From assembly GCF_009914755.1 (NCBI RefSeq), contig NC_060947.1: a DNA stretch of 64,000 nt; one strand, given 5' to 3'. The DNA comes from the human T2T-CHM13v2.0 reference genome, Homo sapiens. Shown here piece by piece: positions 56,621 to 64,000 of this stretch. Every line of letters starts with the position of its first letter. The first letter of the stretch is position 1. Under the pieces are notes generated by a model that worked only from the letters and a program-made list of their open reading frames with translations, had not been told where the DNA came from and made no database searches. The position numbers and the translations under genes are program-made.

Positions 56621-57879
56621 TATTTATAAATACTCTTTAAATATAAGGTAGGAAAAGAGAAGAGACTAGCACTTATGCCTACATGGAGTGTTTTGCATGA
56701 AATAGGTGTCTAATCATAGAAGCCATTTGACATTATTTGGATTTTAAATGGAGAAAAAATACTTGTTTACCCAACTCCCATCTTCTAAAGGATACTTCAT
56801 TGCGAATGCATACATTATGTAGATATGGTCTCATTTGGTGAAAAAATGTGAATTAGAAAGGGAAAAATAAACTTGTGGGACTTTTTTCTTTACCTCTTAT
56901 TCCTTGGATTGTTTTCAAATATCAGTATTGAATCTGAGTAATAAATAAACTTTTATAAATCTAAGAAATCATTATTACAATATATGGAAATTAGTGGCTT
57001 TTTGCCTTTTTAAAATGTATATTAACATTTAATATCTAAATATCAGAATACTCTGAGCAGTCGTGTGTGTATTTCATAGGCAAGTGACACTTAAATCTAC
57101 ATTTTATATATTTTTGTTTTAACTTTGAATCCTGTAGATGAAGAGGATAAGGATCAATTAAGTATACTTTTAAAAGACACAAATGAAAAATATCTAGGAT
57201 ACCACATAGACATGTATTGTGAAACCAAGAATACAATACTACTTCACCTCAGAAAGGATGGTTAGTTGTACAATCCAATAAAACTAAATGAAATATTATT
57301 TCAAATTTTGAAGAGGTATAACAACAATATTTTTGCTGCTCACCATATTGTTACACTCTTTTTCATAAATGGACATTCTTTTTCTTGTTCATAAGCATAC
57401 ATGGGTCAAGGTTACTTAGTGGGAGGTGGGGAGAATTCTGTAAGTTGTCTTTTCCGTTCCAAGTTTGTAGTGTTCTATTAAATTTAGCTGGCAAATATTC
57501 CATGATTATATTTGATGAAAGGTATATTAGTTTTGTTGACTTCTCCTCCAGTGGATCAATTTTCATTCTAGGATGACTAATCAATTTAATTTTGGGGGGA
57601 AAATTTGAACAGTTAAGTTTCTCTGAGCTCTTTACTATGTAGTAACAAATTATACCAGAAATATCTCCTCTAGTGAACCTACAGGATCACAGGAGAAAAC
57701 ATCCCTATATGCCGCACCTAACACTATGAATATATTTAAATCATCATATAATGAGGTTGACATGAACTTCGAGTAAATTTTTATCTATTGTTTAATAATT
57801 GCTCTTTGAAAATAGTATAGAACTCTATCATGTCATTTCTAGTTGCATCAAATGAATTATACCATTAAAATCTTAAGGT

Positions 57880-59900
57880 TACTTCTGGCTTCAGGTACAG
57901 CATGTAAAAAGTTTAAAGTCACTAATGCATTCTAATAAAAAGTTAAAAAAAACTGAAAAAATTGAACAATAAACAACTCATAAGATTTGTACAAAAATGA
58001 GTCAAACTGCTCTCCCCAAAATAGAGATACAGACAGACAAATACAGGGAATCACAGCTTGCCAGAATAGGAACCCATAAGCAGGAACTTCCGTGGAAACC
58101 AGTGCCAGATAAAGAAATATGAACTGTAATTGACAAATTGATGGAGACATTGTGTATAAACCTGAAAGATAAAAGCTTTAATGGCACCCAGTTATACGTT
58201 CACCACCAAATGTTTTTGAGTGCTGCGTTCTCAGAGTAGATATCAAAGAAAATTCCCCTTGTGCTTCCAGCATGAGGAAGGGAAAATAAACCATTTTAAA
58301 AATAAATCATATAATTCAGTTATTCTTAATAAGGCCTGCCTTTAAGAGAAACTATTTAACCAATGCCTAAACTACTGGAAATTTATCAGAGCCTAACTGA
58401 CTTATGGGAAGAGAAATACCCAACTTGAGCTTCTTCTAGCCTTTCACATGAGAGAAGACAAGTATCCAACTCCAGCTCACCTAGCCATCCAGTCCCACTT
58501 GAGGGGGAAAGACCAAGAAGCACTTTCAAAATTTACAGTCCAGAGGCACAGGCTTACTAAAAGACTGAGACCTAATTATAGAACTATAGAAGATTCTCCT
58601 TCCCATTACAACTTACAACCACATCCTTCATATAGAAATTTCTTTTATCCAGAACATCATATCCACCTATCAAGAAAAGTGTTACCAGGCACATTAAAGG
58701 CAAAAACCACAGTTTGAAAAGAAAGAGCAAACATCACAACCAGATGCACATGTGGCAAGGATGTTAGAATTATCACTGGGAATTCAAAGCAACTATGATT
58801 AATATGCCAAAAACTCTAATGGATAAAGTAAAAAGCACACAAGAACAGATAGGCAATATGAGCAGAGAGATGGAAATTATAATAAAATAACAAAAAGTAA
58901 AGATAGAGATAAAAATATATACCAGAAATAAAGAATGCCTTTCATGGGCTTACTAGTAAACTGGACATGGCTGAGAAGAGAATCAATGAGCTTGAGGATA
59001 TCTCCATAGAAACATCCCAAACTGAAAAGCAAAGAGAATAAAGACTATAAAAAAGGAGAACAGAGTATTCAAGAGCTATGAGACAACTACAAAAGGTTTA
59101 TCATTTGTGTAATGACAATACAAAAAGAATCAGGAAGAAAGAAAGGAACAGAAGAAATATTTGAAGCAGTCATGACTGAAAACTTCCATGTTAATGTGAA
59201 ACACCAAAGATACAGAAAGCTTAAAGAACAGTAAGCAGAATGAATGCCCCAAAACTACACTTAGAAATATTATATTCAAAGTACAGAAAATAAAAAATCA
59301 AAAGAAATTTAAAAACAAAACATAAAAACACACTTTGCCTGTATGGGGACAAAAATCAGAATTATATATGATTTATATTCAGAAATCATGCAATAAAGAA
59401 GAAAGTGAAGTGAAAAATTTAACGTGTTGAGAGATAAAACCATAAACCTGGAGTTGTATACTCTGCAAAATTATTCTTCCAAAGTGAAGGAGAAATAACG
59501 ACTTTTTTTCAGACAAATAGTAATTAATGGAATCTGTTGCCAGTATCATTGACTTGCCAGTAAAACTTTAAAAGAAGTTATTTGGAGAGAAGGGAAATTT
59601 TGTGGGACAGAAACTGAAATCTACATAAGAAAAGTAAAAGCATCAGAGAAAAAATAAGTGATGGAAAAATTAACATTTTTATTTTTTAATTCTTAATTGA
59701 TTTAACAGGTAATAGTTCATTCAGAATAATAATAGCAACAATACGTTCAATTATGAATTCTTATATATGCTTATGTATAAGGAAAATAAAAGACTGCAAT
59801 AACAAAAAGAACAGGAGGGAGAAATTAGTACTACTTTGTTATTAAAAGGTACTTGCACTTCCCATGAAGTGGTATAGTGTTATTTAAAAGTGGGTTTGGA
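57880..59900 (+). mobile_element. L1MD/MC-type 5' UTR plus decayed ORF1
   Basis: acttctggcttc start; ORF1-like segments (gaattcaaagcaactatgattaatatg, ctgcaaaattattcttccaaagtgaaggagaaataa). Confidence 0.7.
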
Positions 59901-60154
59901 TCATGAATAAGCCCACGAAATGCATTCTTTATTTCTTTTTTATTTTTCTAGTCACTTATATTTCTTTTTTTAATAAATTTTATATGAACTTTATTACAAC
60001 TTGTACTGACCATTGATTACGTTTAGACATTTTGCTTTGTCTTAAACTTTCTTTAAACAAAAACAGCTATTTTAGTTTAGAACAAAAACTAACCAGACAT
60101 TTTTTAACACAAAATTATTGTTTTACATTCATTGAATTTATTGGTTTGTGTTTT

Positions 60155-64000
<3,846 letters not shown>

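Overview
Primate, almost certainly human, genomic DNA: an Alu at 15.1 kb carries all five AluYa5 diagnostic bases. The window is AT-rich, gene-poor and dominated by nested LINE-1 elements of many ages, plus Alus, MaLR LTRs (MST, THE1, MLT1), a Tigger3/MER7 MITE and MIR/L2 relics. The only gene-derived sequence is a minus-strand processed pseudogene of TERF1 (TRF1) at 31014-33677, with an 18-bp TSD. No intact protein-coding gene, RNA gene or CRISPR array is supported; nearly all listed ORFs are decayed L1/Alu frames. Most notable observations: (1) the same ~160-bp polyadenylated non-L1 tail follows two different L1 insertions 48 kb apart; (2) a full-length L1PA3/4 has its antisense promoter and ORF0, with an improved splice donor, pointing into the promoterless TERF1 retrocopy, which keeps a 255-aa Myb-domain ORF; (3) two L1PA copies 28 kb apart share a 298-bp identical tract (likely gene conversion); (4) a triply internally deleted but TSD-bounded L1PB; (5) several 3' transductions and twin-priming inversions. 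Subfamily names come from recalled consensus features, not a database search.
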